A DNA stretch of 64,000 bases, from IMG/VR virus record IMGVR_UViG_3300010885_047022, positions 62,001 through 126,000 of that record; one strand, 5' to 3'. Source of the DNA: an uncultured virus (IMG/VR IMGVR_UViG_3300010885_047022). Lineage: Duplodnaviria > Heunggongvirae > Uroviricota > Caudoviricetes. A program made the translations under genes and the position numbers. The notes below the pieces were generated by a model, which was not told the origin of the DNA, searched no databases, and saw only the letters and a program-made list of their open reading frames with translations. This document shows, one piece after another, positions 28,978-38,964 of this stretch (positions are counted from its first letter, which is position 1; each line of letters begins with the position of its first letter).

Positions 28978-29872
28978 GGCTTCTAAAACCTCTATTTGGC
29001 ATTGGGTCTTGTTTAGCGGGGATAGTTCTTACTGCGCCATAAAGTTCTCTGTCTGTAAGATATGCAACTTTTCCGCCATCTACTTGTGGCATTTTACCAC
29101 CAGAATAAACAGGACCAACAGTTGGAAGGCCTTTCATCTGGAATCCCATTGGACTAACTTTTGCAGATAGCATTTCTTTTCTAAGTGCTGTGGCAATTTG
29201 GCACCATGTAGTCGCATTATCTCTTGTTACTTTATTTCTTGGTATGGACTTGTTCGTCAGGTTAAAATCTCCAAGTCTTATGGATATTTCATCATCACCA
29301 CCATAACCATATGTTCTACTTAACTCGCATGCGGTAGCAGCTTTGATATATTCGTATACAATAAATGCTAAATTAGTACCATCATCTGTGTCTATGAGAC
29401 TATACAGACCTTTAACTTCATTTGAGAAATTGTGTGCGATTTCGCCTATTTCTAGCATTGTTGCGTCAGGAAAGTAAGAAAGTAATTGCTCAGGATCGAT
29501 GTAAAGAGGTAATATATCTGGCGCAAAAGTGATCGTTTCATCATTTTTGAGAGTTATTGTTGGCTGATATTCTTCTACCGTAGAACTAACATACAATCTC
29601 TGTTCTACTACTACGGTATTAGAGTTTGCCAATAGTCCAGTGAATTTGACTGTATATGTATCAGCTATAGTTGGAGTATAATCAAAATAAAATATTGAAC
29701 TAGATATTTGACTAGAAGTATCTGTAACAACAGTTATATTGGATGAATTCTTTATTATTACTTGTGGATTTGTTACAGGAGATAATTCTATCTCATTTCC
29801 ATTAGCGTCAATATCTTTAAATTTTACAGTTATTCTAACTGTATCGCTGACTACAACTCTATCTGTTGACAT
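28970..29872 (-). CDS. Putative head-tail adaptor with N-terminal Ig-like domain
   Basis: Beta-rich N-half; helical C-half (YEYIKAATACEL..SIRLGDFNLT); position in the neck region. Confidence 0.5.
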   Translation of the reverse strand: MSTDRVVVSDTVRITVKFKDIDANGNEIELSPVTNPQVIIKNSSNITVVTDTSSQISSSIFYFDYTPTIADTYTVKFTGLLANSNTVVVEQRLYVSSTVEEYQPTITLKNDETITFAPDILPLYIDPEQLLSYFPDATMLEIGEIAHNFSNEVKGLYSLIDTDDGTNLAFIVYEYIKAATACELSRTYGYGGDDEISIRLGDFNLTNKSIPRNKVTRDNATTWCQIATALRKEMLSAKVSPMGFQMKGLPTVGPVYSGGKMPQVDGGKVAYLTDRELYGAVRTIPAKQDPMPNRGFRSRD

Positions 29873-29887
29873 CTTTTACCTCTTAGT

Positions 29888-30340
29888 TTAAGCGTTAGAC
29901 ATAATAGTAACGTCGATTGTCCCTGCCGAGTTATCCTCTAGAATAATAGTTTCTGCGCTGGAAATGACATAGGCTTCATTCTTATTTATCGATATTGCTA
30001 TATATCCAGAGCTATACGTATCTTCGCTATTTAAACTTGAAATGGCATACGCGTTTGCGTTTATTGTACTTATTTCTGAGGATCCGTAACCGTCAAACAT
30101 TGCAAAAGTCATATAGGATGACGTCTCAGTGTTTTCTATTACTCCGCTTGGAGTAATAACGGAATGACTATCAACAAAAACTAATGTGCTATTTACGGAC
30201 GGTGGCGATATAACAATAACGCCTAATATGTTTAGGCCACCAAAATTAGTAGTTAATCCAAAAGACTGAGGAGAAACTACATATACACCACTGTAATTGA
30301 AATGATCTTGATTATAGGTTATATCCCCATTGTAGAGCAT
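29888..30340 (-). CDS. Hypothetical beta-rich virion protein
   Basis: In operon with AAGGA RBS; Ser/Ile-rich. Confidence 0.55.
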   Translation of the reverse strand: MLYNGDITYNQDHFNYSGVYVVSPQSFGLTTNFGGLNILGVIVISPPSVNSTLVFVDSHSVITPSGVIENTETSSYMTFAMFDGYGSSEISTINANAYAISSLNSEDTYSSGYIAISINKNEAYVISSAETIILEDNSAGTIDVTIMSNA

Positions 30341-30353
30341 CTAAATCCTTTTA

Positions 30354-32483
30354 TCAGAATGTTCCACAATCGAATGTTATACCATCTATAGAGCCACCGG
30401 TAATCGAAACATTATTTGAGTTTTGAGTAGCAATTGTTCCCAAACCTAGAGTTGTTCTTGAGGCAGAAGCATCTACATCGTCAACCAATGATCTACCAAA
30501 TGAAGTAAATGTTGCTAAAGCTGCGGTACCAGACCCCGTAAAATATGGAAGCCTGTCTGCAGCAGAAGTCAAGCCTGCTATAGCGGCAAGTTCTGCGTCA
30601 TAGGCTTGAACATCTGAGCCGATGGCTAGACCAAGGCTCGTGCGGGCGCCCGATGCACTAGTTGCTCCAGTTCCGCCATTAGCTAAGGCAATTGTGCTGC
30701 CATTCCAAGTGCCAGCTGTAATGGTTCCTACAGTAACTATGCTGTCATCGCCAGAATAGGTTCCACCAGCCACTGTAGCGAGTGTAGCGTTGTATGCCTG
30801 AACATCAGATCCAATTGCCAGGCCTAGATTAGTTCTGGCACCTGAAGCTGATGTTGCACCAGTGCCACCATTAGCCAAGGCAATAGCCGTACCATTCCAA
30901 ACGCCAGTTGCAATTGTTCCAACTGAAGTAAGGCTTGAGGCAGTTACTCCTGAGCCAAGAGTAGAACCAGAAAGTACAGAAGTCCCTGCAATCAACAATG
31001 ACTTGCCAGTCAGAAGATTAAGATTTTCTGAAGACGTCCATGCGTCGGTTGCGTCAACCCAGTTAAAAGTCTTGTCTGTATCACCCTTAAGAGTGATGCC
31101 ACCACCATCGGCACCTGCGTCTGTCGGGGAGGCGCTTGAGCCAAGTTCGATGTTCTTATCATCAACAGTTACAGTAGTTGAATTGATTGTAGTGGTTGTG
31201 CCGTTGACTGTTAGATCGCCGGAAAGGACAAGGGAGGTACCAGTGGCAGCTCCGATGTTTGGCGTTACAAGCGTTGGCGTGTTAGCAAAAACGAGTGCGC
31301 CAGAACCAGTTTCATCTGAAATCACTGAAATAAGTTCCGATGAAGAAGTAGCTGCAAAAGCTGAAAGCTTATTGGCAGTAAGAGCTACAGTACCAGTTCC
31401 ATCCGGAAGGGTGATTGTGCGATCTGCGGTTGGATCACCAGCGGACAATGTCGTTTCAAACGCATCATCTGTAGTTCCTTCAAAGATTATTGTTCCAGCT
31501 GCATTGAGGTTAAGTCCATTAAACGATGGACTAGCAGAGGTTGCGACGCTCTGACCAATTGCAATTGTCGGAGTTCCACCTTCTGTTGCTGTATCATTTG
31601 AAAGTGTTACGCCAGTACCAGCAACAAGTGATGTTACATAGTTTCCTGAAGTATTAGTTCCAAGCGCAATTTCTATAGTTGTCGAACTTGCTGCGGTTAA
31701 ACGACCCTGGGCGTCAACCGTGAAAGTTCCGACCGATGAAGCACCGCCGTATGAGCCAGCTGTTACTGCAGTGTTGTCAAGGTTTAAGGTAAGCGTATCA
31801 GTTGCAGAGGCCACCGATGTTAGGCCTGTGCCACCAACTATAGTGAAGGTATCTCCACCCGAAATTGTTAAAGCTGCGCCACTGTCTGCCGCTGCTGTAA
31901 ATGAAGTTGAAATAGAAGCTGTTCCAGCTGCTGTCAAGCGACCCTGAGCATCAACTGTAAAGGTTGGAATTGCGGTGCCTGAACCATACGAACCAGCTGA
32001 TACTGCGGTATTGTCAAGATTAACCGTTATAGTATCTGTTGCGGTAGCTGCTGAACTAAGGCCAACTCCACCAGAAATCGTAAATGTATCGGAAGAAGCA
32101 ATTGACACTGTGCCAGTATCGCCAGCAGCCGTAAATGAGCTCGATGCTGACGAAACAGCACCGTCTACATATGCTGTTGTTGCTACTGATGTTGAGTTGT
32201 TGCCAGCTGACTTTGTTGTTGCAGTTGCAGAAGCACCAAGGGCTAATGTTCCGGAAAATGTTTTATTTCCAGTAATGGTTTGAGTTCCGGACAAGCCTAC
32301 ATAGGCGCCAGGGCCAGCAATAGCTTGAATTGTGGTTGCAGTTCCGCCTGCTCCACCTGATCCCTTACCGTAGTAAAGGACATCATCAGCTTCATTATAT
32401 GCCAGCTCTGCGTTTTCAAGGCTTGAGGGTGCGCCAGCAGCGCCGCCAGATGCTCTTCTTTTGATTCTGATTGTATTAGCCAT
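30354..32483 (-). CDS. Fibre protein (Gly/Ala/Thr/Ser-rich, internal repeats)
   Basis: [31 protein letters not shown] start (ATG 32483); duplicated [18 protein letters not shown] and [28 protein letters not shown] units. Confidence 0.75.
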   Translation of the reverse strand: MANTIRIKRRASGGAAGAPSSLENAELAYNEADDVLYYGKGSGGAGGTATTIQAIAGPGAYVGLSGTQTITGNKTFSGTLALGASATATTKSAGNNSTSVATTAYVDGAVSSASSSFTAAGDTGTVSIASSDTFTISGGVGLSSAATATDTITVNLDNTAVSAGSYGSGTAIPTFTVDAQGRLTAAGTASISTSFTAAADSGAALTISGGDTFTIVGGTGLTSVASATDTLTLNLDNTAVTAGSYGGASSVGTFTVDAQGRLTAASSTTIEIALGTNTSGNYVTSLVAGTGVTLSNDTATEGGTPTIAIGQSVATSASPSFNGLNLNAAGTIIFEGTTDDAFETTLSAGDPTADRTITLPDGTGTVALTANKLSAFAATSSSELISVISDETGSGALVFANTPTLVTPNIGAATGTSLVLSGDLTVNGTTTTINSTTVTVDDKNIELGSSASPTDAGADGGGITLKGDTDKTFNWVDATDAWTSSENLNLLTGKSLLIAGTSVLSGSTLGSGVTASSLTSVGTIATGVWNGTAIALANGGTGATSASGARTNLGLAIGSDVQAYNATLATVAGGTYSGDDSIVTVGTITAGTWNGSTIALANGGTGATSASGARTSLGLAIGSDVQAYDAELAAIAGLTSAADRLPYFTGSGTAALATFTSFGRSLVDDVDASASRTTLGLGTIATQNSNNVSITGGSIDGITFDCGTF

Positions 32484-32485
32484 GA

Positions 32486-32824
32486 TTAGAAATTTCCTCC
32501 ATCGGTAAGATTTTCTTCGGGGTGATTCACCCACACTGAACCATTGTAACGCAAAACGTTACCTGAGTTCACTGTGGTAATAGTAACGTCAGTCAATCCA
32601 TTTAGAACTGATTGAGTAGTAATTGTATTTTCTGCAGATATTATTCTATCTTTAACTGTTAAATGACTGCCTGCTGGATTCAATCCTAAGACTGTTTGTA
32701 TGGCTTCAATGGCGTCATTTGCATTAGCGTGCTGCTGATGGTGGGGTACTGTTACTGAACTAAGTGCATCAGACGATGTAGGATTGATTAATACGTCCAA
32801 TGCTGCGGGATACTGGGTGGTCAT
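32486..32824 (-). CDS. Small virion/fibre-associated protein
   Basis: [45 protein letters not shown]-terminus DGGNF resembles DCGTF of the next gene. Confidence 0.6.
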   Translation of the reverse strand: MTTQYPAALDVLINPTSSDALSSVTVPHHQQHANANDAIEAIQTVLGLNPAGSHLTVKDRIISAENTITTQSVLNGLTDVTITTVNSGNVLRYNGSVWVNHPEENLTDGGNF

Positions 32825-32833
32825 AAAAATCCT

Positions 32834-33244
32834 TTATAAGCTAAATATTTTATATTGTTCGTTACTCCAATTAATTGTGATGGAGATAGGACTAGTACTA
32901 GCAGATACTGGAAGTCCAGTAGCTGTATCTATGTAGGCTAAAAGTCTTGATGTAGATCTAACTCCAGTATCTTTATATAAAACTAGATAGGCAAAACCGC
33001 TAGTCCCGTAATCTTCTATTGTAATATTATCTGCGTCAAAGATACCAGAAGCTGTTGTTTTTCCGGTCAGTAAACTAGTTGTCGCTACAACTGAAGCTTC
33101 ACTAATGCTTGACAAAAACTCATGTGTACTTAAATTTACTGTATAAGTATTTTTAACTAAAGCAATTTTTATAGTATTATCAGTTAAGTCAAATAAACCT
33201 TCCAATAAACCTTCTTTGGCCTTTGCATATAGTGCATTAGCCAT
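32834..33244 (-). CDS. Virion structural protein (136 aa)
   Basis: MANALYAKAKE..FDADN..LVLYKDTG..LLAYIDTATGLP..ITINW; overlapping stop/start with the upstream gene. Confidence 0.6.
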   Translation of the reverse strand: MANALYAKAKEGLLEGLFDLTDNTIKIALVKNTYTVNLSTHEFLSSISEASVVATTSLLTGKTTASGIFDADNITIEDYGTSGFAYLVLYKDTGVRSTSRLLAYIDTATGLPVSASTSPISITINWSNEQYKIFSL

Positions 33245-34017
33245 CAGATGCCTACTTCTGAAGAAACGATAACTCTATATTTATATCCAGTCTCAAAATA
33301 AGTTTTACTATCCGTATAATAAGAGGGTGTCGCATCAGTTGATGGGAAGTCTATGTAAACATCTGGCTTCCATGAATGCATCGAGACTCGTGCTGGAAGT
33401 GTTTCCCATCTTATTGGTGTTTTCTGTATTTTCTTACGCTGTGCTTTAAAATACTTACTAGTTAAGAAGTTTGATGCTGGACGAGAGCTGAATGAAATAG
33501 TAGTTCTTCCATTGTTTTCATCATTTCCTATGTAGAAATCACCATTATTTGGACTAACAGATTCTATATAGAAATTAGGATTTTTAGCTAAGATTTGATA
33601 GCCGGTTTCAATATCAGCTCTAATAGATTTATCCTCTACTAAAACCTCATTTAAAACAGTAGCTTTACTTTCTTGTAAAGTAGAAGGTGTTGCAGACTCT
33701 GTCTGACTCGTAAAACTGACTCTCTCTTCAGGAACAGTCATTCCTGAAGAATCTAATAAGCTTTGAACGCGGAGAACATAGTTGGCATTGGGAGCTAAAA
33801 TTACATCCCAGTATAAAGTTAAAGTTCTACTAATCTGATTGTAATCAGTAATAGTATTAATATCCCTAAATGGCGAACTTACCTGAACAGGTGTAGCTGC
33901 GTCAGTATAAACTAAAAAATTTGCATTAACTAAGGACGCTATTTTAATAGTCCTACCGAATTTAATGTTAACAGTATTAACGCTTACTGTAGCGTTATCA
34001 ATGAGATATAAGGCCAC
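33244..34017 (-). CDS. Virion structural protein with two Ig-like domains (possible head decoration)
   Basis: Beta-rich (LAPNANYVLRV, FETGYKYRVIV); first gene after the MCP terminator; GTG start with GGAG. Confidence 0.55.
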   Translation of the reverse strand: MALYLIDNATVSVNTVNIKFGRTIKIASLVNANFLVYTDAATPVQVSSPFRDINTITDYNQISRTLTLYWDVILAPNANYVLRVQSLLDSSGMTVPEERVSFTSQTESATPSTLQESKATVLNEVLVEDKSIRADIETGYQILAKNPNFYIESVSPNNGDFYIGNDENNGRTTISFSSRPASNFLTSKYFKAQRKKIQKTPIRWETLPARVSMHSWKPDVYIDFPSTDATPSYYTDSKTYFETGYKYRVIVSSEVGI

Positions 34018-34067
34018 TCAACACACTCCAAATTTAAAACCTAATGTAATAGTAATAAATTAATTCA

Positions 34068-34113
34068 ATAAAAAGCAGAGGGGGCAGTAGATTTCTCCAC
34101 CGCCCCCAAGCTT
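34068..34113 (-). terminator. Intrinsic terminator after the major capsid gene
   Basis: Minus-strand hairpin GGGGGCGGTGGA-GAAA-TCTACTGCCCCC followed by TCTGCTTTTT. Confidence 0.75.
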
Positions 34114-34151
34114 CAGGGTAATTTGTAACTATAACGACCCTAAGGTTTTTA

Positions 34152-35210
34152 TCAGGCTGTTTCGTTAGTAACCATGACTTCGTAGTTACGGCTGAGTCTG
34201 ACGTTCTTAGCAACAGTGATACCTTCACCGTCGCCCAGCATGATGATGTCATAACGCTCTTTCATCTTGAGCTGGCGAATATCGCGGCCCGGATCGTCGA
34301 ACTGATCGGTGCTCATCTCGTCCTTGACGAGAATTGTTCCGACTTCATTGCGGTCGATGAGGAAGAGGTCTGACTTAGCTGCTGTTGCGCCACTCTTAGC
34401 TGTGAAGCTAACGAAAGGAGAAACAATAACGTTCAGTCCCATAGGAGCAGTCTGATTCAACGAACCCTCTGGAGACTGAGGACGATAGCCCCAGCTTGTT
34501 CCAACGCCCGATGCTGAACCGCCGTGATGGAAGATGGCATCCTTGAGGAAGACCGACCACATGAGGGGGTGCAAGATAAAGTCTGTTGGAATATGGTTTT
34601 CAGCCATGAGGACTGCAGCCATGTCAATGATGTCGTCCCACTTGACTGTCTTATTGGCAGAGCCATTAATGTCAAGACCGGTTGTGTCATCGTAGCCAGC
34701 GTCGTCGTTATCAAAAACGATTGTAGCTGCATCTTTGAATCGGCTCAGAGCAATTTGCTCCTTAAGGCGAGCCATAGCACGGCCAGCTGCGCGAACATGC
34801 AGACCAACAATGTCCCAAAGTGAATCAGCGATTACTTCTTCCGTGAAAGAAAGCTTAACGCCCTTCTTCGAGACTTTGCCCTCTACCTGCTTTGCGAAAG
34901 CGAGTGCTTGTTCTGGATACTCTTGTCCTTCTGGGATCTCAGCAGCTTGAATAGCATTGACGGCCGGGAATTCCAATGAACGTCCCTTGCCGAGACGAAC
35001 AGTGGAAAGCAATGGAGTCACTAAAAGCTGTGGCTCTGCTGCTTCTCTGAGCGTACGTGAGAGAACTTTCGGGAAAAGTGCTGCTGCGTCTGACGATGCA
35101 AAAGCTTCCTTAATTGTTACTCTGTTGTCTGCGTCGATATACCCGTCCTCGGTCATTGCTGTCTCCCAAGCTGGGAGACCCGAGAGGAGCTCTTGGATTG
35201 TCTTAGTCAT
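34152..35210 (-). CDS. Major capsid protein (HK97-fold expected)
   Basis: 352 aa after protease and decoration genes; AAEIPEGQEYP, KKGVKLSFTEEVIADS, PTDFILHPLMW, LKMKERY; GC-shifted codons; strong terminator. Confidence 0.85.
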   Translation of the reverse strand: MTKTIQELLSGLPAWETAMTEDGYIDADNRVTIKEAFASSDAAALFPKVLSRTLREAAEPQLLVTPLLSTVRLGKGRSLEFPAVNAIQAAEIPEGQEYPEQALAFAKQVEGKVSKKGVKLSFTEEVIADSLWDIVGLHVRAAGRAMARLKEQIALSRFKDAATIVFDNDDAGYDDTTGLDINGSANKTVKWDDIIDMAAVLMAENHIPTDFILHPLMWSVFLKDAIFHHGGSASGVGTSWGYRPQSPEGSLNQTAPMGLNVIVSPFVSFTAKSGATAAKSDLFLIDRNEVGTILVKDEMSTDQFDDPGRDIRQLKMKERYDIIMLGDGEGITVAKNVRLSRNYEVMVTNETA

Positions 35211-35248
35211 CTTAGGAATATTCCTCCTGTGTTATTGTTTCTTATTTA

Positions 35249-36025
35249 TTAGAGTGTCAGGTTGACGCGGAATGCACCAATGACATTAGTTACATCTAGA
35301 TTCGAACGAATACCGAGCTTACCATTATTAGGACCAGCCTTGGTAAGTTCATAAACGGTCTTCAACGCACCCGGATCTGATGGAAGCTGCATGTAGCTGA
35401 GGAGGCCGTCATCAAAGTTTGTAGCAAACTTCTCGACTTCGACAACCTTACCTACTTGCAAGTAGCTGTATGCGGAGCTGCCACTGAAGAAATCGGTAGC
35501 TGCAGCCAATACTGGACGTCCCATTACATCGGAACGAACTACTGAACCAACTGTCACGTCATTGTTAATACCGCTGACCATTGGATACTCTACATAACCG
35601 TGTGTGATAAATCCAGCACCTTGCGAGGTACCCTTATCAAAAGGTCTGTAAAGATCATATTGTGCGCAGCCGATAGGAATCGAACGAGCAGGCACAGTAA
35701 CTGTGTCAGTTGCTCCGGACGAGTAAGCGGGTGTTGCACCAGCTGTGGGGTCCCACGCTGTGTTGCTCATATTGTCGCCCCATGACTTGCTTGAGCTTGT
35801 ACCGTTAGCGGGAACAACTCGGGCATCGCCATTTGAGTCGGCTACGACCGAAAGGATGGTTCCCTTCGGAATGACAATTTCGAAGCGATTATCTTCTGTG
35901 TCATAATACCATGTGGGCAGACCGGGGTGTGGCAACAAGTATGCTGCGGGAGCTATGCCCTCAGAAACAACGAAGCGACCTGAACCGGTCTTACTATGTA
36001 CTTTGCGAAACTTTGCTAAACTCAT
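35249..36025 (-). CDS. Putative capsid decoration/cement protein
   Basis: Between scaffold and MCP; IVIPKGTI, PIGCAQYD, VTVGSVVRSDVMGRPV, QVGKV; AAGGAG RBS. Confidence 0.6.
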   Translation of the reverse strand: MSLAKFRKVHSKTGSGRFVVSEGIAPAAYLLPHPGLPTWYYDTEDNRFEIVIPKGTILSVVADSNGDARVVPANGTSSSKSWGDNMSNTAWDPTAGATPAYSSGATDTVTVPARSIPIGCAQYDLYRPFDKGTSQGAGFITHGYVEYPMVSGINNDVTVGSVVRSDVMGRPVLAAATDFFSGSSAYSYLQVGKVVEVEKFATNFDDGLLSYMQLPSDPGALKTVYELTKAGPNNGKLGIRSNLDVTNVIGAFRVNLTL

Positions 36026-36043
36026 TTTTTATCTCCTTAAATA

Positions 36044-38101
36044 TTAAAGTTTACGTCTACCCATAAGGGCATCAACTAGAACTTGCTCAAAAGACTCTTT
36101 CGGATCTGAAGCCTTAACGGGTTCTTCTTCCATGTCTATAGTAAGCACGTTATCTTCTTTTACCGAAACTTCGGCTTCTGAAGTAATTGTGGGCATGTTT
36201 AACATCTCGCCAATTCTTTTACCAAGCTTGCTTGGTGTCTTGGCAAGATCTCTCAGGCTATCGGCCAAAGAAGATGCTGTTCTTGTAGCATACTCTTCAA
36301 TTAGTTTTTCACGATCATCTGATAGTTCAAAACCAAGTCCGATCTTAGTATCGACAACTCTTTCGACCAATGTTCTATGTAATGCGCTCTTGAGTTTCTT
36401 ATTTTCTTCTTCAAGGGATTGAATTCTAGCTTTTTCATTTACATCCTGCTCAGAGACTGCATTTGTGTCAGTGAGGTCTGCTCCTGTTATTTCTTTCCCT
36501 TGATCTTCTTCGGCTTCAGATGAATTAGCTGAATCAACTTCTTGATTACCTAGTTCTTCTGCCTTTTCAAGCAAAGCCTTAGATCCGTTTTCTCTCCACT
36601 CTGATTCTTCAGAAGACATTGCTTCCATCTTGAGTGAAGATCTGAGCTGCCAAGCCCACTTCTTATGCATATCATCACGTTCTGCCAAGAAATTAGCAAT
36701 TCCTTGTTCATTAGCTTCATTCGCAGCTGCGAAAGCCAACAGGACTGATTCATTAACCATATTATTCTTAGTTAAGAGATCTGCTGCTAATCCAAGAGCT
36801 TCCGTTGTAGAAGAATCATCCTTGAAGGATGCGTCCATAACAATCTGAGCAAGCGTGATTGGTGTTCCTTGAAGCTTTCTTACATTTTCTGCAATTGAGT
36901 CTATTGCTCCCAGTGCATCTTCGTAGATACTCGAGAATAAAATGTGGAACTCTGTAAAATCTTCGCCTTCGACATTCCAATGAGCTCTATGAGCTGCAAA
37001 GTAAAATGTGAAAGTGTCAGCCAAAACTTTTTGAAGACCGGCAATAGTGCTAGCAGAATCTGCCTCAGTAACAATAACTTCTGATTCGACTGTTTCTACT
37101 GATTCAATCGTCTCTTCTGATTCAACTGCCTCTTCTGATACTTCTGATTCCTTAGCTACTGACATTGTAGAAAGATCATCACTTAATTCTTGGACTGCAG
37201 CGAGGATATCATCGCTGTTAGTGTCTTGATCCATATTGGAATTCTCCTGACAATTATCGATATTTTTATTCTGATCAGATAGTAATGAACTATCATTGTA
37301 TTTGTAATTTTCGTTCTCCTGTATGGATAGGGCTGTCAAAAATGCTCCCTTTAACTGGAGATAGATCGGCTTAGATTCTTTCTTTTTCATATCTGAGAGA
37401 ATTGATCTATTTTCTTGAATTGAAAAGATATCTTCATTGTCCATACTTAGTATGAATGCGTTGCTTCGAGCAATCCAATTTTCCGAATCAGAAAGTTCTG
37501 TTTTGCCGTCAATTGCCCTTAGAGCTCTAACGCCTGACTTTTGATCTGCGGGTTGATTTACGAATGAGTACTCTTTAAAACTAATGTCTTGCATATCCAC
37601 ATAGGCGAGTTTGCCCTTATAGACTTTGCCTCTTTTGTATTTCACAACTTTGGGTCTACCTGATGCGTCCTCTGTCGCCAAATCTTCTCCTGAGACACTG
37701 CAAACTGCCTTGCCAGCCCTTCCGCCGACAGAACCAGTCAAGTATCTCTTATCGAGAACTTTTTGCGCAGCTACGGGATCAGTGATTGCTATCTGCAGGC
37801 GGACGAAAGAAGAACCATCTTCTTCTTTATCCATTTTTGCAGCCATAACCCTGCCAATAGCTTCTGTGTTTAAATCATGATTCAGGATAATTGGCTTTGG
37901 ATATGGATCTACCCATGATTGAAGTGCTTTTTCTAATTCTACTGCGGAATAATTATTATAGTTAGAAGTGAGACCCTCGTGGATTGCAGCGACTTCTATT
38001 ATTAAACCGTTCTTTGAATTAAATGACTCTGAAAAATTGATATCCGACTTAGAAAAGTCAGGAAGTTCTAATGTAAAATTTTCTATAAAGTCAAATGACA
38101 T
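36044..38101 (-). CDS. Prohead protease / scaffold polyprotein with internal Dps domain
   Basis: N-terminal protease motifs (PIILNHD..IGRV, LTGSVGG, EYSFVNQPAD), acidic linker, Dps domain, acidic coiled-coil C-terminus. Probable ATG 38101 (track start 38110). Confidence 0.8.
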   Translation of the reverse strand: MSFDFIENFTLELPDFSKSDINFSESFNSKNGLIIEVAAIHEGLTSNYNNYSAVELEKALQSWVDPYPKPIILNHDLNTEAIGRVMAAKMDKEEDGSSFVRLQIAITDPVAAQKVLDKRYLTGSVGGRAGKAVCSVSGEDLATEDASGRPKVVKYKRGKVYKGKLAYVDMQDISFKEYSFVNQPADQKSGVRALRAIDGKTELSDSENWIARSNAFILSMDNEDIFSIQENRSILSDMKKKESKPIYLQLKGAFLTALSIQENENYKYNDSSLLSDQNKNIDNCQENSNMDQDTNSDDILAAVQELSDDLSTMSVAKESEVSEEAVESEETIESVETVESEVIVTEADSASTIAGLQKVLADTFTFYFAAHRAHWNVEGEDFTEFHILFSSIYEDALGAIDSIAENVRKLQGTPITLAQIVMDASFKDDSSTTEALGLAADLLTKNNMVNESVLLAFAAANEANEQGIANFLAERDDMHKKWAWQLRSSLKMEAMSSEESEWRENGSKALLEKAEELGNQEVDSANSSEAEEDQGKEITGADLTDTNAVSEQDVNEKARIQSLEEENKKLKSALHRTLVERVVDTKIGLGFELSDDREKLIEEYATRTASSLADSLRDLAKTPSKLGKRIGEMLNMPTITSEAEVSVKEDNVLTIDMEEEPVKASDPKESFEQVLVDALMGRRKL
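36632..37048 (-). other. Dps (mini-ferritin) domain inside the protease/scaffold gene
   Basis: LQKVLADTF..AHRAHWNVEGEDFTEFHILFSSIYEDALGAIDSIAENVRKLQGTP..GIANFLAERDDMHKKWAWQLRSSL; H, H+12, D+15, E+4 spacing of Dps ferroxidase ligands. Confidence 0.9.
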
Positions 38102-38181
38102 GTAAATCACCTATTGATGTATAATTCTTTTTTATATAGTAAGTTTATTTTTATAACATTAAACAAATTTATATGAATATA

Positions 38182-38961
38182 TCAGACTTTAGCATAGTTG
38201 TCTGATAAAGATTCGTATCTATCATCTCCATTTTGGAGAAATGATTGATAAAATACTTCTGACATAATATGTGGAGCGTAAATATACGATGCACAGTATA
38301 GCTTAAAATTTTCTTGTTTACAAGCTAATGACCAGCCTACATCTTCGCCTTGTTGATGAACATTATAGGATATATTATTATATACATCTTTACTCATCAT
38401 TTTTGCAGCCATGATTACATCTGATTGAAAATATTTTCCAAGTTCATATTTTTCTTTTCTATAAGCTTTTGATGGATCATCTTGTCTCCAGTCCATAACA
38501 CTTGGATACAATGTTCCAATCGGTGTCATAAACATAAGGGGATTGACTGCATCTGCTCCAGATTTAATATGAGCTATTAATAACTCTATTGTATTTGGAT
38601 TTGTCAATAAAATATCTGAATCTAAACTAAAGTAATAATCAGGCTGGACATCGCGTACTGTCTGTAACAATGAATTTCTTAAAGAAACCATATTAACATA
38701 TTTAGATATGTTCCACTGTCTTCCATTATTTGAATGTTCGAAATGAGGAATATCTTCTCTTACTTTAATTTCAAAGTAAGGTATATTTTTATCGAATCTT
38801 TTCCAAGCTTCTAATGAAGCTATTGTTTCTTTATCATCTGGAGAGACTTCAAAAACAAAACCAATTTCCTTGAAATTAACTGACTGATTTATTAGGCAGC
38901 GTATCCAATGTGGAAGAATCCAAGATCTTTTGTACATTGGAGTTCCAATCAAAAGTTTCAT
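38182..38961 (-). CDS. GT-A fold (family 2-like) glycosyltransferase
   Basis: LIGTPMY start, LRNSLL..YYFSLDSDILL (DxD), QGEDVGWS, terminal APH. Confidence 0.8.
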   Translation of the reverse strand: MKLLIGTPMYKRSWILPHWIRCLINQSVNFKEIGFVFEVSPDDKETIASLEAWKRFDKNIPYFEIKVREDIPHFEHSNNGRQWNISKYVNMVSLRNSLLQTVRDVQPDYYFSLDSDILLTNPNTIELLIAHIKSGADAVNPLMFMTPIGTLYPSVMDWRQDDPSKAYRKEKYELGKYFQSDVIMAAKMMSKDVYNNISYNVHQQGEDVGWSLACKQENFKLYCASYIYAPHIMSEVFYQSFLQNGDDRYESLSDNYAKV

Positions 38962-38964
38962 GAA

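Noticed and set aside
30862..32283. Plus-strand ORFs of 230, 75 and 102 aa
   Set aside because: They are antisense to the Gly/Ala/Thr-rich fibre gene, whose codon bias suppresses stops on the opposite strand; no RBS or motif.
34034..34252. 72-aa minus-strand ORF overlapping the MCP end
   Set aside because: It runs through the MCP terminator hairpin and the next promoter region; no coding features.
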